Made by a program: the position numbers and the translations under genes. From the IMG/VR virus record IMGVR_UViG_3300025099_000013: a DNA stretch of 20,000 bases; one strand, given 5' to 3'. Positions 6,025 to 15,467 of the stretch are shown here, piece by piece. The stretch comes from an uncultured virus (IMG/VR IMGVR_UViG_3300025099_000013). Lineage: Duplodnaviria; Heunggongvirae; Uroviricota; Caudoviricetes. The notes under the pieces are model-generated. The model had not been told where the DNA came from. It worked only from the letters and a program-made list of their open reading frames with translations, and ran no database searches. Each line of letters starts with the position of its first letter. The stretch's first letter is position 1.

Positions 6025-7521
6025 TCATTCCTCAAGAACGGGTTTGAACATACTTCCAATCATACCTTCTTCACGGTCAATCAAATGAGCAGACATTCCG
6101 GCTTGTGAAAGATAACCTTTTCTGAAATGCCAACGGTCATGACCGGATAATGACGGTAATTGAATACAGAATGCACCACCATGTTCTTTTAGTGCTTGAT
6201 GGTGAAGATGACCTGTGAACCAAACACGGTATCTGCATTGACCCCACTTTTCCCATTCTTCACGAGCCATAGTGCTAGGTAATGCGTTTGCTCTAACACC
6301 ATCACCATGAGTAAAGCCTAGAAGCGTATTTCCATACACAACATACTGTCTATTCATGTTAGGGTCAAGAATTACTTCACAATCTTCACAATCTTTGTAT
6401 GTTGCCTTAAGATAAAGCCCTAATGCTAAAGTAGAGTGCATATCGTGATTACCTGCCATGAAAACAATCTTAACAGGCGCAACACTTCTTAACATATCAA
6501 TATGCTCCCTTGCTAATTCGCAACCATCTAAGAGAATCTGTGCCGGACTTCCGTACCTATCCTGAGCAGTACCTTTTGTTGTTGTACCTAAATCATTATC
6601 CACATGAAACCAATCAGACCCTGCTGCAACGATTATTTTCTCAGGAGCTCCGGGTAGGCGTGATGTTAAGGCACTAGTCGCTTCGTGAAGTCTTTTTCGT
6701 GCTTCATCAAAGTCATATCTTTCACCGACTTCATCTTCCCAACCATATTTACCATAGTGAAGGTCTGTTGGGGATATAACAAGTGCATAAGGCTTAGTTT
6801 TTCCAATACTTAACTTTTTGATTGCTCTATTTTTAGGGTGGTGTATTTTTAGGTGTTCTATGAACGAATCTTCAAAGTTCCTCCATTTATTCGCATCTTT
6901 TTGAATCTCATCCCATTTTTTCTTTTCATAACTTAAATGTAGTGACCTTCTTCTTCGTAATAACAAATCATCCACTAAATCATCAACAGAGTCAGCCATA
7001 ACTAATTCTTCATCGGTAAAGGGGTCCATGTCGTGAGTCCAACCATAGATACGCCTATACTCATCAAACCACATTCTAGGAATCTGAAAATCCCTAGATA
7101 TTTGCCCTACGCTTGATGCTTTTGTTACCATATTACTATATGCTGCTTTCATAGCCCTGTGAACGTCTCCACTTACAGTAATTGGCTTATTACCTGCTGC
7201 TTTGATAAAAGTAACGTACACATCAGTCTCAGAATTGTAATAATAAGGCTCATCAGAAATCCACGTTGCATCTGCGTCATCAAGATTTAATTCCCCATCA
7301 GTAAAAGGGTCTGTCTGCGGTGCTTGTTCGGGATAAAACTTTCTGAATCGTGAAACTGTGGCCTTCCAAGAATCAACCGTTCTAGGACCTTCTCCATTTT
7401 CAACATAGTGTATATTATGTAAATATCTAGCAAACTGAGCATCAGTACCAGTCCACTTATCTAAATGTGGTACTATTCTCTTAATTGTGTGTTCTCGAAG
7501 TGCCTTACGCCTTTCTGCCAT
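6025..7521 (-). CDS. Calcineurin-like metallophosphoesterase with long N-terminal extension
   Basis: Complete motif set DLH, GSDWFH, GNHD, HGD, GHLH. Start moved from 7545 to ATG 7521 because the TATA-like TTAAGTAT lies at -30 to -23 of it. Confidence 0.88.
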   Translation of the reverse strand: MAERRKALREHTIKRIVPHLDKWTGTDAQFARYLHNIHYVENGEGPRTVDSWKATVSRFRKFYPEQAPQTDPFTDGELNLDDADATWISDEPYYYNSETDVYVTFIKAAGNKPITVSGDVHRAMKAAYSNMVTKASSVGQISRDFQIPRMWFDEYRRIYGWTHDMDPFTDEELVMADSVDDLVDDLLLRRRRSLHLSYEKKKWDEIQKDANKWRNFEDSFIEHLKIHHPKNRAIKKLSIGKTKPYALVISPTDLHYGKYGWEDEVGERYDFDEARKRLHEATSALTSRLPGAPEKIIVAAGSDWFHVDNDLGTTTKGTAQDRYGSPAQILLDGCELAREHIDMLRSVAPVKIVFMAGNHDMHSTLALGLYLKATYKDCEDCEVILDPNMNRQYVVYGNTLLGFTHGDGVRANALPSTMAREEWEKWGQCRYRVWFTGHLHHQALKEHGGAFCIQLPSLSGHDRWHFRKGYLSQAGMSAHLIDREEGMIGSMFKPVLEE

Positions 7522-7602
7522 GAGATATCCCACTATATACCCCATACTTAAGTATATCGCCTAACGGAAGGCTTTTAACACCGTTGGCCTATCGAACAGG
7601 GT
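7522..7602. promoter_or_regulatory. Divergent promoter pair for the packaging operon (leftward) and head operon (rightward)
   Basis: TTAAGTAT on the minus strand, inside the palindrome ATACTTAAGTAT (7544-7555), at -30 of ATG 7521. TTTTAACA (7573-7580) at -30 of ATG 7603. Confidence 0.65.
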
Positions 7603-9018
7603 ATGGCTGAACGTAGGTTTTTCGATTTTTTACGTCGAACAGCATCAGAGAGCACTACAGAAAACGACAAAAAACCAGTCGAGCGTGTAGGCATATCACA
7701 AGGCTTATCTTTTGCTCAAGTTGCGGGACTAAGTGATATTTTTGAAGATACAGGTCCTCTAAGAGACCATAAGAAAGCATTTAGAAGAACAAAGTTTGAT
7801 GACGAGTTTGATTTGTATGATGAGATGTTAAAACTAGACCCTGAGTTAAATGGTGCGGTCCGTTCTGTAAGCCTGACCGCTAATAATTGGGAAATTGATT
7901 ATTCCAAAGGGAAAAACAGGAAAATAAGAAATGCTATCGAAGATTTTGTCTATACAGTTGATTTTGACGACATTCTTATCAATATGCTGCGTAACCTTAT
8001 GGTTTATGGTAATGATATGAATAAGTTAGTGGGAAAAACAGGAGTAGGCATCACAGAAGTTCAGTCGCTTCCTATCCACCAAATGACCATTAAAGACGAT
8101 AGGGGTATAGAACCTCCATCAGTAACTAGGGAATCACCAATCATGGATGCTAAGGTCTATATGTTACAAGAGCAAGGTACTTACCCACAATCATTCCCTT
8201 CTGACGAAATATGGCATACCCGTATAGATTATAGAAGCAATTGGTTTCAAGACAGGCTCGGCCGTTGGTCATACGGCATTTGGGGTGCGTCAAGGTTTTC
8301 AAGCCTTAAGCAACCCATTCGAGCCAAGTATAACATGATAAATAATAGAATTGCCTTAGAAGAAGCACTTACAAAGCAATACATAACAATTGATGCTGCT
8401 TCGGTCGAACATATAACAGACCCCGATGAACAACAAGAAAGACTAACTTACATTATGACACAAGTTGCAGAATTACTAGAAGGTCTGCGTGGCGACCAAA
8501 TACCAATCTTACCTTCCTATGTTGAAATGCACCACGTTGATTTGAAAAATACAATCCCCGACCCAACTGCATTCTTAGATATTGTAAATGGTGATATTTC
8601 AGCAGTTCTGCAAGTACCTAGAGTAGCAGCAGGGCAAGAAAGGGGCTCAACCTTCGCAGCAACATATTCTGCTTCTATGTGGAGTATAAATGCTATCAGA
8701 AGGCTTCAAGCGGTAGCGATAGAATCATGTTGTCACCTCTTTTTGAAACATCTTGAATTATTAGGAATATCTGCTAAGAAAGAAGATTTGCCTATTATGA
8801 CCTTCAAACCAATAGAAGAAGAATCAAGGGGTGAATCAATGAAAAGAGCAACTACCGGATATACTATGGGTATAATGACTAAGAATGAGGCGAGAGACAT
8901 ATTACATATGGAAAAGGTTAAAGGAGGCGAGGACTTTAAGCCTGAGCCAGAGATAGCACCGAAAGGTCCTAATCCTCGTGATAAAACACTCAAACAAGAC
9001 AAAGAGGTGACAGAGTAA
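7603..9018 (+). CDS. Portal protein
   Basis: 471 aa, located between terminase and protease. Portal-like segments: LDPELNGAV, LRNLMVYGN, EIWH, DISAVLQVP, GIMTKNEARDIL. Confidence 0.88.
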   Translation: MAERRFFDFLRRTASESTTENDKKPVERVGISQGLSFAQVAGLSDIFEDTGPLRDHKKAFRRTKFDDEFDLYDEMLKLDPELNGAVRSVSLTANNWEIDYSKGKNRKIRNAIEDFVYTVDFDDILINMLRNLMVYGNDMNKLVGKTGVGITEVQSLPIHQMTIKDDRGIEPPSVTRESPIMDAKVYMLQEQGTYPQSFPSDEIWHTRIDYRSNWFQDRLGRWSYGIWGASRFSSLKQPIRAKYNMINNRIALEEALTKQYITIDAASVEHITDPDEQQERLTYIMTQVAELLEGLRGDQIPILPSYVEMHHVDLKNTIPDPTAFLDIVNGDISAVLQVPRVAAGQERGSTFAATYSASMWSINAIRRLQAVAIESCCHLFLKHLELLGISAKKEDLPIMTFKPIEEESRGESMKRATTGYTMGIMTKNEARDILHMEKVKGGEDFKPEPEIAPKGPNPRDKTLKQDKEVTE

Positions 9019-9068
9019 TGGCATACAAAAAGAAGAAAATAAGTAAGAAAAAGAAAAAGGGGTATTAA
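9018..9068 (+). CDS. 16-aa Lys-rich micropeptide (MAYKKKKISKKKKKGY)
   Basis: SD GAGGTGA at 9004-9010, TAATG overlap with the portal stop, and its stop lies 1 nt before the protease ATG. Confidence 0.65.
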   Translation: MAYKKKKISKKKKKGY

Positions 9069-9069
9069 G

Positions 9070-10455
9070 ATGGTTAATCCACCAATCCCTGTTGATAATG
9101 AAACTCATGATGACTATATGGCTAGATGCACACTTGCCGGTCATTCAGAAGATGCTTGTATGGTTGCACACGAAGGTCACACATTTATGGAACAAGATAA
9201 AGCACATACCCCTGCTGACCACGCAAAAGCAAGTGCGTCATGTGATTGTGAAGATGAATGTCAAGAATTAAATGATTGCAGAGAAAAAGAAACTGCTAGT
9301 GCTTCTATCAGTGTTTCTACTAAACTAACAGTAGACCACACTAAGATGTATGTTAATGCAACAACAGGCGAGACAGTTGTACTAATCACAGGTACAGCAT
9401 TTCATAGCGGAGCAAATAAGAATAATTGGGAATTAGGTTCTGATGCAGGTATGAGCGTTGCTCAACAACTAAAGGGGGCAGACTTAACATTAAATCATCC
9501 TAAAGCAAACGGCGCAGGGTTTTCAAGAAATATGGATGGTGGCGTTGATGAGGCTACTGTTGGTATAGTAACTAAAGCAGAGTTTATCTATGCAACTGAT
9601 TCTTCCGATGACCCCGACGGTTATTGGAGAGTCCAGTACGAAGCAGAGGTTCATAGAAGTGAATTATTTGAAGCATTAGAATCGGGACTATGGTTAAGAC
9701 CGGAATACGGCGTATCTATTGGAGGGTATGGAATCCCCACAGAATATAACGAAGAAACAGGATATGCTATGTTCGCAAGCGAGTTCACATTAGACCATTT
9801 GGCTATTGTTCATAGACCTGCTTATCCTGATGCAACAATTGACACAGCAACGGTAGTTAATGTTGAAAAACGGGCTGAGCCAAAGGCGAGTATAGCAACC
9901 CTTAAGTATGGTGCGGCTCAAGTTCAAGCCAACGAGGAATTGAACATGACTGATGAAAGTATTGAAAATCCAGATATGAAAAACGAGCTCGAAGCGTTAC
10001 AGGCGGAATTAATTCTTAGCCGAGCGACTGTCGAGCAATTCCAAGCAAAAGAAGCAGAAGCGGCAGAAAGCCAGAGAACTTCTTTAGTGGAAGAAGCGAC
10101 TGCCCTCGGACTGAGCGGACACGAAGGTTTATCCTCTGACGTAATCACAAGTTTGATTGCATCATGGCAAGCATCTAATCCTCCAGCCGAGGTAAAAGAA
10201 ATGAAGCCTGTTGAAGCAGCAAGCGAAGCAATAGTAGAGGCATCTGCCCCTGCTGTAAGCGGAGATACTGTTTTCGTGGCAAATTATTTCAACGGTACAC
10301 ACCTAAAGACTGCTGAAAGCATTTACGCTAGAGCATTCAATTCATGGGCTAGTGCTTACAACAGAGGACTTGGTTCTTCTGATGACAGAGCAACACTATA
10401 CGAGGACTTAAGCCAACCACAAAAAGATTTACTAAACTTCACGGAGGAGAGATAA
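9070..10455 (+). CDS. Prohead protease (HK97/assemblin-like) fused to C-terminal scaffold
   Basis: LTLNHP (His), GVSIG (Ser), HLAIVHRPAY motif, acidic coiled-coil C-terminus, located between portal and capsid genes. Confidence 0.85.
   Translation: MVNPPIPVDNETHDDYMARCTLAGHSEDACMVAHEGHTFMEQDKAHTPADHAKASASCDCEDECQELNDCREKETASASISVSTKLTVDHTKMYVNATTGETVVLITGTAFHSGANKNNWELGSDAGMSVAQQLKGADLTLNHPKANGAGFSRNMDGGVDEATVGIVTKAEFIYATDSSDDPDGYWRVQYEAEVHRSELFEALESGLWLRPEYGVSIGGYGIPTEYNEETGYAMFASEFTLDHLAIVHRPAYPDATIDTATVVNVEKRAEPKASIATLKYGAAQVQANEELNMTDESIENPDMKNELEALQAELILSRATVEQFQAKEAEAAESQRTSLVEEATALGLSGHEGLSSDVITSLIASWQASNPPAEVKEMKPVEAASEAIVEASAPAVSGDTVFVANYFNGTHLKTAESIYARAFNSWASAYNRGLGSSDDRATLYEDLSQPQKDLLNFTEER
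9946..10455 (+). CDS. Nested in-frame scaffolding protein (169 aa, MTDESIENPDMKNELEALQAEL...)
   Basis: In-frame ATG with GAGG SD at 9934-9937 and a CTTAAGTATGG promoter-like element at 9901-9911. Confidence 0.55.
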   Translation: MTDESIENPDMKNELEALQAELILSRATVEQFQAKEAEAAESQRTSLVEEATALGLSGHEGLSSDVITSLIASWQASNPPAEVKEMKPVEAASEAIVEASAPAVSGDTVFVANYFNGTHLKTAESIYARAFNSWASAYNRGLGSSDDRATLYEDLSQPQKDLLNFTEER

Positions 10456-10456
10456 T

Positions 10457-10882
10457 ATGAGTTCAATAGGCAACAGTAATACAAGAAACGGAACACTAGC
10501 AAGCGGTCAAACAGTAGCAAATAGCGGTTATCTTCTAAAGGTGGCATCTGGTCTACTAACAGTGGCAGGTGGAACAACATCTGCTGATGCAGATACACCA
10601 TTTGCAGTTTCACTTGATGAATCATCCCGAGATGTGGATGGAGCATTAGTTGCGGCAGGTACAGTAACATACTGTCCTTCCGGTGGAGTACTATGGATGC
10701 GAGCAGACGCAGGTACTTACAATCTAGGTGCAACAGTTTATCTTTCAGACACGGCCGCTGGTCATGTTGATGCTACACAATCCTCAGGTGCTACCGCTAT
10801 CGGTATGTATGTGGGTGACCACGCAAAAGTTGTTGTGGCGGGCGAGTTAGTGCCTGTAAATACTAACAACTCAACGTGGTGA
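10457..10882 (+). CDS. Putative head decoration/cement protein
   Basis: 141 aa, Gly/Ala/Thr-rich and beta-type, directly before the MCP. GGAGG SD and a GATVYLS...G.V motif seen in such proteins. Confidence 0.65.
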   Translation: MSSIGNSNTRNGTLASGQTVANSGYLLKVASGLLTVAGGTTSADADTPFAVSLDESSRDVDGALVAAGTVTYCPSGGVLWMRADAGTYNLGATVYLSDTAAGHVDATQSSGATAIGMYVGDHAKVVVAGELVPVNTNNSTW

Positions 10883-10888
10883 TTAAGA

Positions 10889-11842
10889 ATGGCAGGGCAA
10901 ACATTAGAACAGATTTTACAAGTAGAAGCGAAAGACGGTCCTTTTGGAAAGGGCGATTCTGTATTGGAGCAGACTCTAAGAGACTTTATCCAACTACAGT
11001 CTTTAACAATTTCCATCGGAACAAAATTAGTTGGGGTACGCACAGTGCCTTGGCTCACTTTCAAATGGTACACAGGTGTTGAAGGAACATTCACCTACCC
11101 ATTAGATGATAACGCAATCGTTGACGCAACCAAAGAATTAACCAAATCATACAGCGTTGTATTGAAGAAAGGTCAAGGTCGAACAACCTTCCTAGATTCA
11201 GTAAGACTACGTGGTGAAACATGGGAAACACTAGACAGACAACAATTGGCTATCATTAACAACAGAGCAGCAGTTATTGACAACCTAATTCTAACTAACC
11301 TTCGTGCTGGAGCAGGACAAACACTTGCAGTTGGCGGCGGAACAGCAAAATGGAATGGTGGTTCAGCAGCAGACCCAGAGCAAAATATGCTTGATGCTAT
11401 GGATAAGATTTTCACAAACGCTAGAGTTAGTGGTGATGAAGGACTTGCATTAGTGCTTCCAACACTTTGTCGAGGAACAATGCTAAACACACAATTGTTC
11501 GGTAACGTAATTCTATCCCTACAAGAGCACATGGCTGATATTGCTAACATAGCAGTGCATTACACAAGAGACTTCGGTAACGGTAGTGGTGCAGCAGGTA
11601 CAACAGGAGCACTTCAAAACGATGGACTTCTATTGATTCCGGGAGCGACAACAGCAGAGTTCTTCCAATACAACGGACCTGGATTTATGGAAACAGAATT
11701 AACAAGAATCCCCGGTCTAGGTTATGATTGGCTATTAACTTCATACTTCGGTATGGTTATACACGAACACCAAGATGCTGGAGTTGCTGCGGGAGCAGGA
11801 ACAACCAACAGAATAGTAAAATTGACTGACATAATCGCTTAA
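10889..11842 (+). CDS. Major capsid protein (HK97 fold)
   Basis: 317 aa, canonical position and GGTGA SD. Long helix (LDRQQLAIINNRAAVIDNLIL), KW...ADPEQNMLDA segment and terminal IVKLTDI strand. Confidence 0.82.
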   Translation: MAGQTLEQILQVEAKDGPFGKGDSVLEQTLRDFIQLQSLTISIGTKLVGVRTVPWLTFKWYTGVEGTFTYPLDDNAIVDATKELTKSYSVVLKKGQGRTTFLDSVRLRGETWETLDRQQLAIINNRAAVIDNLILTNLRAGAGQTLAVGGGTAKWNGGSAADPEQNMLDAMDKIFTNARVSGDEGLALVLPTLCRGTMLNTQLFGNVILSLQEHMADIANIAVHYTRDFGNGSGAAGTTGALQNDGLLLIPGATTAEFFQYNGPGFMETELTRIPGLGYDWLLTSYFGMVIHEHQDAGVAAGAGTTNRIVKLTDIIA

Positions 11843-11853
11843 GGTGATTATCA

Positions 11854-11976
11854 ATGGCTAAAAGGCGAGTTGGTAATGAGTGGGTGGAGGAAACTCCACC
11901 TGCTCAACCTAAAGCAAAACCAAAGGTGAAGAAGGTGAAGAAGGATGGCGAAAAGCAATCGAGCAAGTCTGATTAA
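11854..11976 (+). CDS. 40-aa basic Pro/Lys-rich protein (MAKRRVGNEWVEETPPAQPKAKPKVKKVKKDGEKQSSKSD)
   Basis: Translated by hand. SD AGGTGA overlaps the MCP stop. Confidence 0.65.
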   Translation: MAKRRVGNEWVEETPPAQPKAKPKVKKVKKDGEKQSSKSD

Positions 11977-12289
11977 GAGACTTAAAGATTCGGGCATCGA
12001 CTTTCCTATCAAAGCAACGGTCAGTGAATTAGAACATATACTATTAACAAGAGAAAGTGGTAAAGGCTACGTTCTTAGGGCTATTAAGCCAACATCTAGA
12101 GGAACAGGTCCCGCTAAAGGATTTCCTAATAATGAAAGTGTTTGGATTCCCTCTAGTAAATACGCTAGGGCTATTGTTGATTCAAAACCACATATAGTTA
12201 CAGTTGTTGGTAGGCTTAATGAAGCACAAGTGCCAAATACCATGCGGGTCATAGAGATACCGGAGGAGTGGTATGGCAGTAACAACTGA
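11945..12289 (+). CDS. Hypothetical virion-module protein with N-terminal HeH/LEM-like motif
   Basis: RASLIKRLKDSGIDFPIKATVSELEHIL resembles helix-extension-helix motifs. AGGTGA SD. Confidence 0.7.
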   Translation: MAKSNRASLIKRLKDSGIDFPIKATVSELEHILLTRESGKGYVLRAIKPTSRGTGPAKGFPNNESVWIPSSKYARAIVDSKPHIVTVVGRLNEAQVPNTMRVIEIPEEWYGSNN

Positions 12290-12677
12290 TAACATTAGAG
12301 ACTTACTAAATCGCCCAAGAGGACTTCTCGATGGGACTATTAGTGAATACATTACTATGCGAACCCTTGAAGTAAATAAGGTGGCGAGGAGTACAACACT
12401 ATATGGTGTTACTCCGGCAAATGCAATAACAGACGAATTAAAAGAAGCCGCTATTAAAGCATTGGTAGCAGTGGATTGCCTTTTAGTATTGGTTGATACT
12501 ATCCCCTCATATTACACAGAAGAAAGTGGTCGGTTTGCAGAACAAAGATTCCGTACTCAATTAGGTGAAATGTCTAAAAGAGCCGATAATCTGTATAAGC
12601 AGGTTAGAGAAGTAGGTGGAACAGCATTTAGTACGAAAAGCACAAAGAGCCGATTGTCAGGAGACAATACGGTTTGA
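12273..12677 (+). CDS. Putative head-tail adaptor/head completion protein
   Basis: 134 aa, helical, N-terminal VTTDNIRDLL, located after the MCP, GGAGG SD. Function inferred from position. Confidence 0.6.
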   Translation: MAVTTDNIRDLLNRPRGLLDGTISEYITMRTLEVNKVARSTTLYGVTPANAITDELKEAAIKALVAVDCLLVLVDTIPSYYTEESGRFAEQRFRTQLGEMSKRADNLYKQVREVGGTAFSTKSTKSRLSGDNTV

Positions 12678-12683
12678 TGACTT

Positions 12684-15365
12684 ATGGCTGATTTATATTG
12701 GATAGGGGATTCGGGGTCTAGTAATGCTAGTGTTGCTTCTAATTGGCACGCAGGTTCTCCAACAGGGGCAAATGCTATCGCTGCTCCGGGGTCCTCTGAT
12801 ACCGCACATTTTGGTTGGTGGAGTTCTAATGACTGTAATTGGAATATTGCCGCAGTAAATAAAATAGAGTACGATACATCAGAAGATGATATAACATCAG
12901 GTACTTTTGGGACAATTACCAGTAACACTACGGCAGGTACTAATCCACAAGAAAATCCAGATAAAACACAATATACTTCTCGATACAGAGGTGGAATTAG
13001 TATTGCTAATGATGTAGCACTAAACGGTCTAATACTAGATGGGGTTATAAAGGCAACAGGAGCATATACTTTAACATTTAGCGGTACTGCACCGTATGAC
13101 AATAGATATGTTAAAAATGGAGAAAATGCAGAAATAGTAGGGTATGATGACCATGCACTCGCATATAAGTTTTCGGGCGGGACTTTTTACATGGGAACAG
13201 GTCCTCACCCAACAGTAATTTTCCATACAGGTACTTTTAGACCACAGTGGACTTTACCATATTCTTCATCGGAAATAATAAGTATTCAGAAATTAGAAAT
13301 ACAATCCACTTTCACTGGTGTTGGACCCTCAAACTCTGGAAGGAATGATAGATACACTAATATAAGAATAGAGGGTATTTCAACATCCTCTTTTACTTGT
13401 GCAATAAATAATTTAGACTTTGGATTTGCCACACTTTCTCTACCCGGAACTGCTTCATCTTCATCCCCTAGAAAAATACCACAGTCAAATAATCACTATG
13501 CTAATAGGGCTTACGGTGGGGCTGCGGGACAATTCATCTGCAAGTTATATGGCCTTCATATTTACAATCCGACTCCCGATACCTACAACGGTTCAACAGC
13601 ACTATATAGTAAGTTGGTTAAAGAATCAAGATTAAGCGTACACAAATTAACTATTGATGCCGGATGTATATTATATGGGGATGAACAGGCAGAAATAGAG
13701 ATAATTTCTCTTCCTAACGTAAAAGGAAGTATGGGTAATTTCGTACAGGTTAGTAATGGGCTATATCGAGCAGTTGATGGAAGCGGACCTTTGGTACAAG
13801 AATTAACACCCGTATATCAAGGTGGTACAGGTGTGAGCACATTAGGTACTTCAAATCAAGTGCTTCGTGTCAATTCCGCAGCAACAGGGCTAGAATGGGC
13901 GACAGTAACAAGTGGCGGTCCAACGGGTTCTACGGGTCCCACAGGTCCTACTGGACCATCAGGTCCTGCTGGAGCAGATGGTACGGCTGGCTCACAAGGT
14001 CCCGCAGGTCCTACTGGACCCACCGGAGCAACTGGACCAACTGGAGCAACAGGTCCAAGTGGTCCGGCAGGACCCGCAGGAGCGACTGGACCAGCAGGTC
14101 CGACAGGTGCTACAGGTTCTACTGGAAATACAGGACCGACAGGTCCCACAGGAGCAGATGGTGATGATGGGGCTACGGGTCCAGCGGGTCCTACTGGACC
14201 AGCAGGTCCAACAGGAGCCACAGGTACTCAAGGACTTACAGGTCCGGCAGGACCAACTGGACCCTCTGGTTCTGATGGCTCTGACGGTGCTGCTGGACCT
14301 ACTGGACCAACAGGTCCTACGGGTCCGACAGGAGCAACAGGATTACAGGGCTCAGTAGGAGCAACAGGATTGACAGGAGCACAGGGTTTAACAGGTGCTA
14401 CTGGTCCTACAGGTCCAACAGGACCAGCCTCAACAGTTGCAGGACCAGCAGGTCCAACAGGTGCTACTGGTCCTACCGGTCCCACCGGACCTACGGGACC
14501 TACTGGTCAGGCAGGTAGTGATGGAGCAGATGGGGCAGACTCAACAGTTGCTGGTCCTACTGGACCCACAGGTGCTACTGGGGCAACCGGTCCCACAGGA
14601 GACACAGGAGCGGCTGGTCCGACTGGTCCTACTGGCTCACAAGGACCTTCCGGTTCAGATGGGGAAGATGGGGCAACAGGTCCTACTGGACCTAGTGGTC
14701 CCACAGGAGCATCCGGACCATCGGGAGTACAAGGAGCACAGGGAGTTGCTGGAGATACGGGACCAACAGGTCCATCCGGACCAGCCGGACCTAGTGGGGT
14801 AGCAGGTAATACAGGTCCTACTGGAGCAACAGGTCCAGCCGGACCAAGCGGTGCTACTGGAGCAACAGGTCCAATAGGAAATACAGGACCTACTGGTCCC
14901 GCAGGTGCGGATTCAGTAGTGGCAGGTCCAACAGGACCTTCCGGTCCAACCGGAGCAACAGGACCAGCAGGTTCTAGTGGTCCACAAGGAAGTGTGGGAC
15001 CATCAGGACCACAAGGAATAACAGGTCCTACTGGACCACAAGGGGCGTTAGGCAATACAGGTCCTACGGGTCCGACAGGAGTATCAGGACCTACTGGAAG
15101 TACAGGTCCACAAGGAGTACAAGGTAATGCAGGTCCTACTGGACCAAGCGGTCCCACAGGACCTACTGGAAGTCAAGGTATCACTGGTCCAACAGGAGCA
15201 ACGGGACCTGAGGGTCCAACAGGTGCGACTGGAAGTGCAGGACCAGCCGGTCCAATAGGTCCTCAAGGTACACTTTCAGCAGAAGGTAAGGGAAGCCTTG
15301 ATATGGGTCCGTTGGTCGTAAGTGGAACTCAGAGTGTGATAACTTTTGGGTCATTAGTAGTTTAG
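12684..15365 (+). CDS. Collagen-like fibre protein 1 (893 aa: ~410-aa beta-rich N-terminal domain, then ~450 aa of Gly-X-Y)
   Basis: Gly-Pro-Thr-dominated triplets at about 13917-15270, preceded by the fibre-type motif PVYQGGTG...[18 protein letters not shown]. Confidence 0.88.
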   Translation: MADLYWIGDSGSSNASVASNWHAGSPTGANAIAAPGSSDTAHFGWWSSNDCNWNIAAVNKIEYDTSEDDITSGTFGTITSNTTAGTNPQENPDKTQYTSRYRGGISIANDVALNGLILDGVIKATGAYTLTFSGTAPYDNRYVKNGENAEIVGYDDHALAYKFSGGTFYMGTGPHPTVIFHTGTFRPQWTLPYSSSEIISIQKLEIQSTFTGVGPSNSGRNDRYTNIRIEGISTSSFTCAINNLDFGFATLSLPGTASSSSPRKIPQSNNHYANRAYGGAAGQFICKLYGLHIYNPTPDTYNGSTALYSKLVKESRLSVHKLTIDAGCILYGDEQAEIEIISLPNVKGSMGNFVQVSNGLYRAVDGSGPLVQELTPVYQGGTGVSTLGTSNQVLRVNSAATGLEWATVTSGGPTGSTGPTGPTGPSGPAGADGTAGSQGPAGPTGPTGATGPTGATGPSGPAGPAGATGPAGPTGATGSTGNTGPTGPTGADGDDGATGPAGPTGPAGPTGATGTQGLTGPAGPTGPSGSDGSDGAAGPTGPTGPTGPTGATGLQGSVGATGLTGAQGLTGATGPTGPTGPASTVAGPAGPTGATGPTGPTGPTGPTGQAGSDGADGADSTVAGPTGPTGATGATGPTGDTGAAGPTGPTGSQGPSGSDGEDGATGPTGPSGPTGASGPSGVQGAQGVAGDTGPTGPSGPAGPSGVAGNTGPTGATGPAGPSGATGATGPIGNTGPTGPAGADSVVAGPTGPSGPTGATGPAGSSGPQGSVGPSGPQGITGPTGPQGALGNTGPTGPTGVSGPTGSTGPQGVQGNAGPTGPSGPTGPTGSQGITGPTGATGPEGPTGATGSAGPAGPIGPQGTLSAEGKGSLDMGPLVVSGTQSVITFGSLVV

Positions 15366-15389
15366 GGGTGAGTTAGAGGTGAGAAGATA

Positions 15390-15467
15390 ATGGATGATTT
15401 AGGGTGTGGGATTGAAGCCCATCCCTTTGTCATATCAATTATGAAGATGATAGGTATAGTGATTTAG
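15390..15467 (+). CDS. 25-aa hydrophobic micropeptide (MDDLGCGIEAHPFVISIMKMIGIVI)
   Basis: SD GAGGTGA at 15376-15382. Its TAG directly abuts ATG 15468. Confidence 0.5.
   Translation: MDDLGCGIEAHPFVISIMKMIGIVI

Noticed and set aside
10876..11082. Alternate-frame ORF overlapping the decoration/MCP junction as a programmed frameshift product
   Set aside because: No slippery heptamer is evident and the MCP has its own GGTGA SD.
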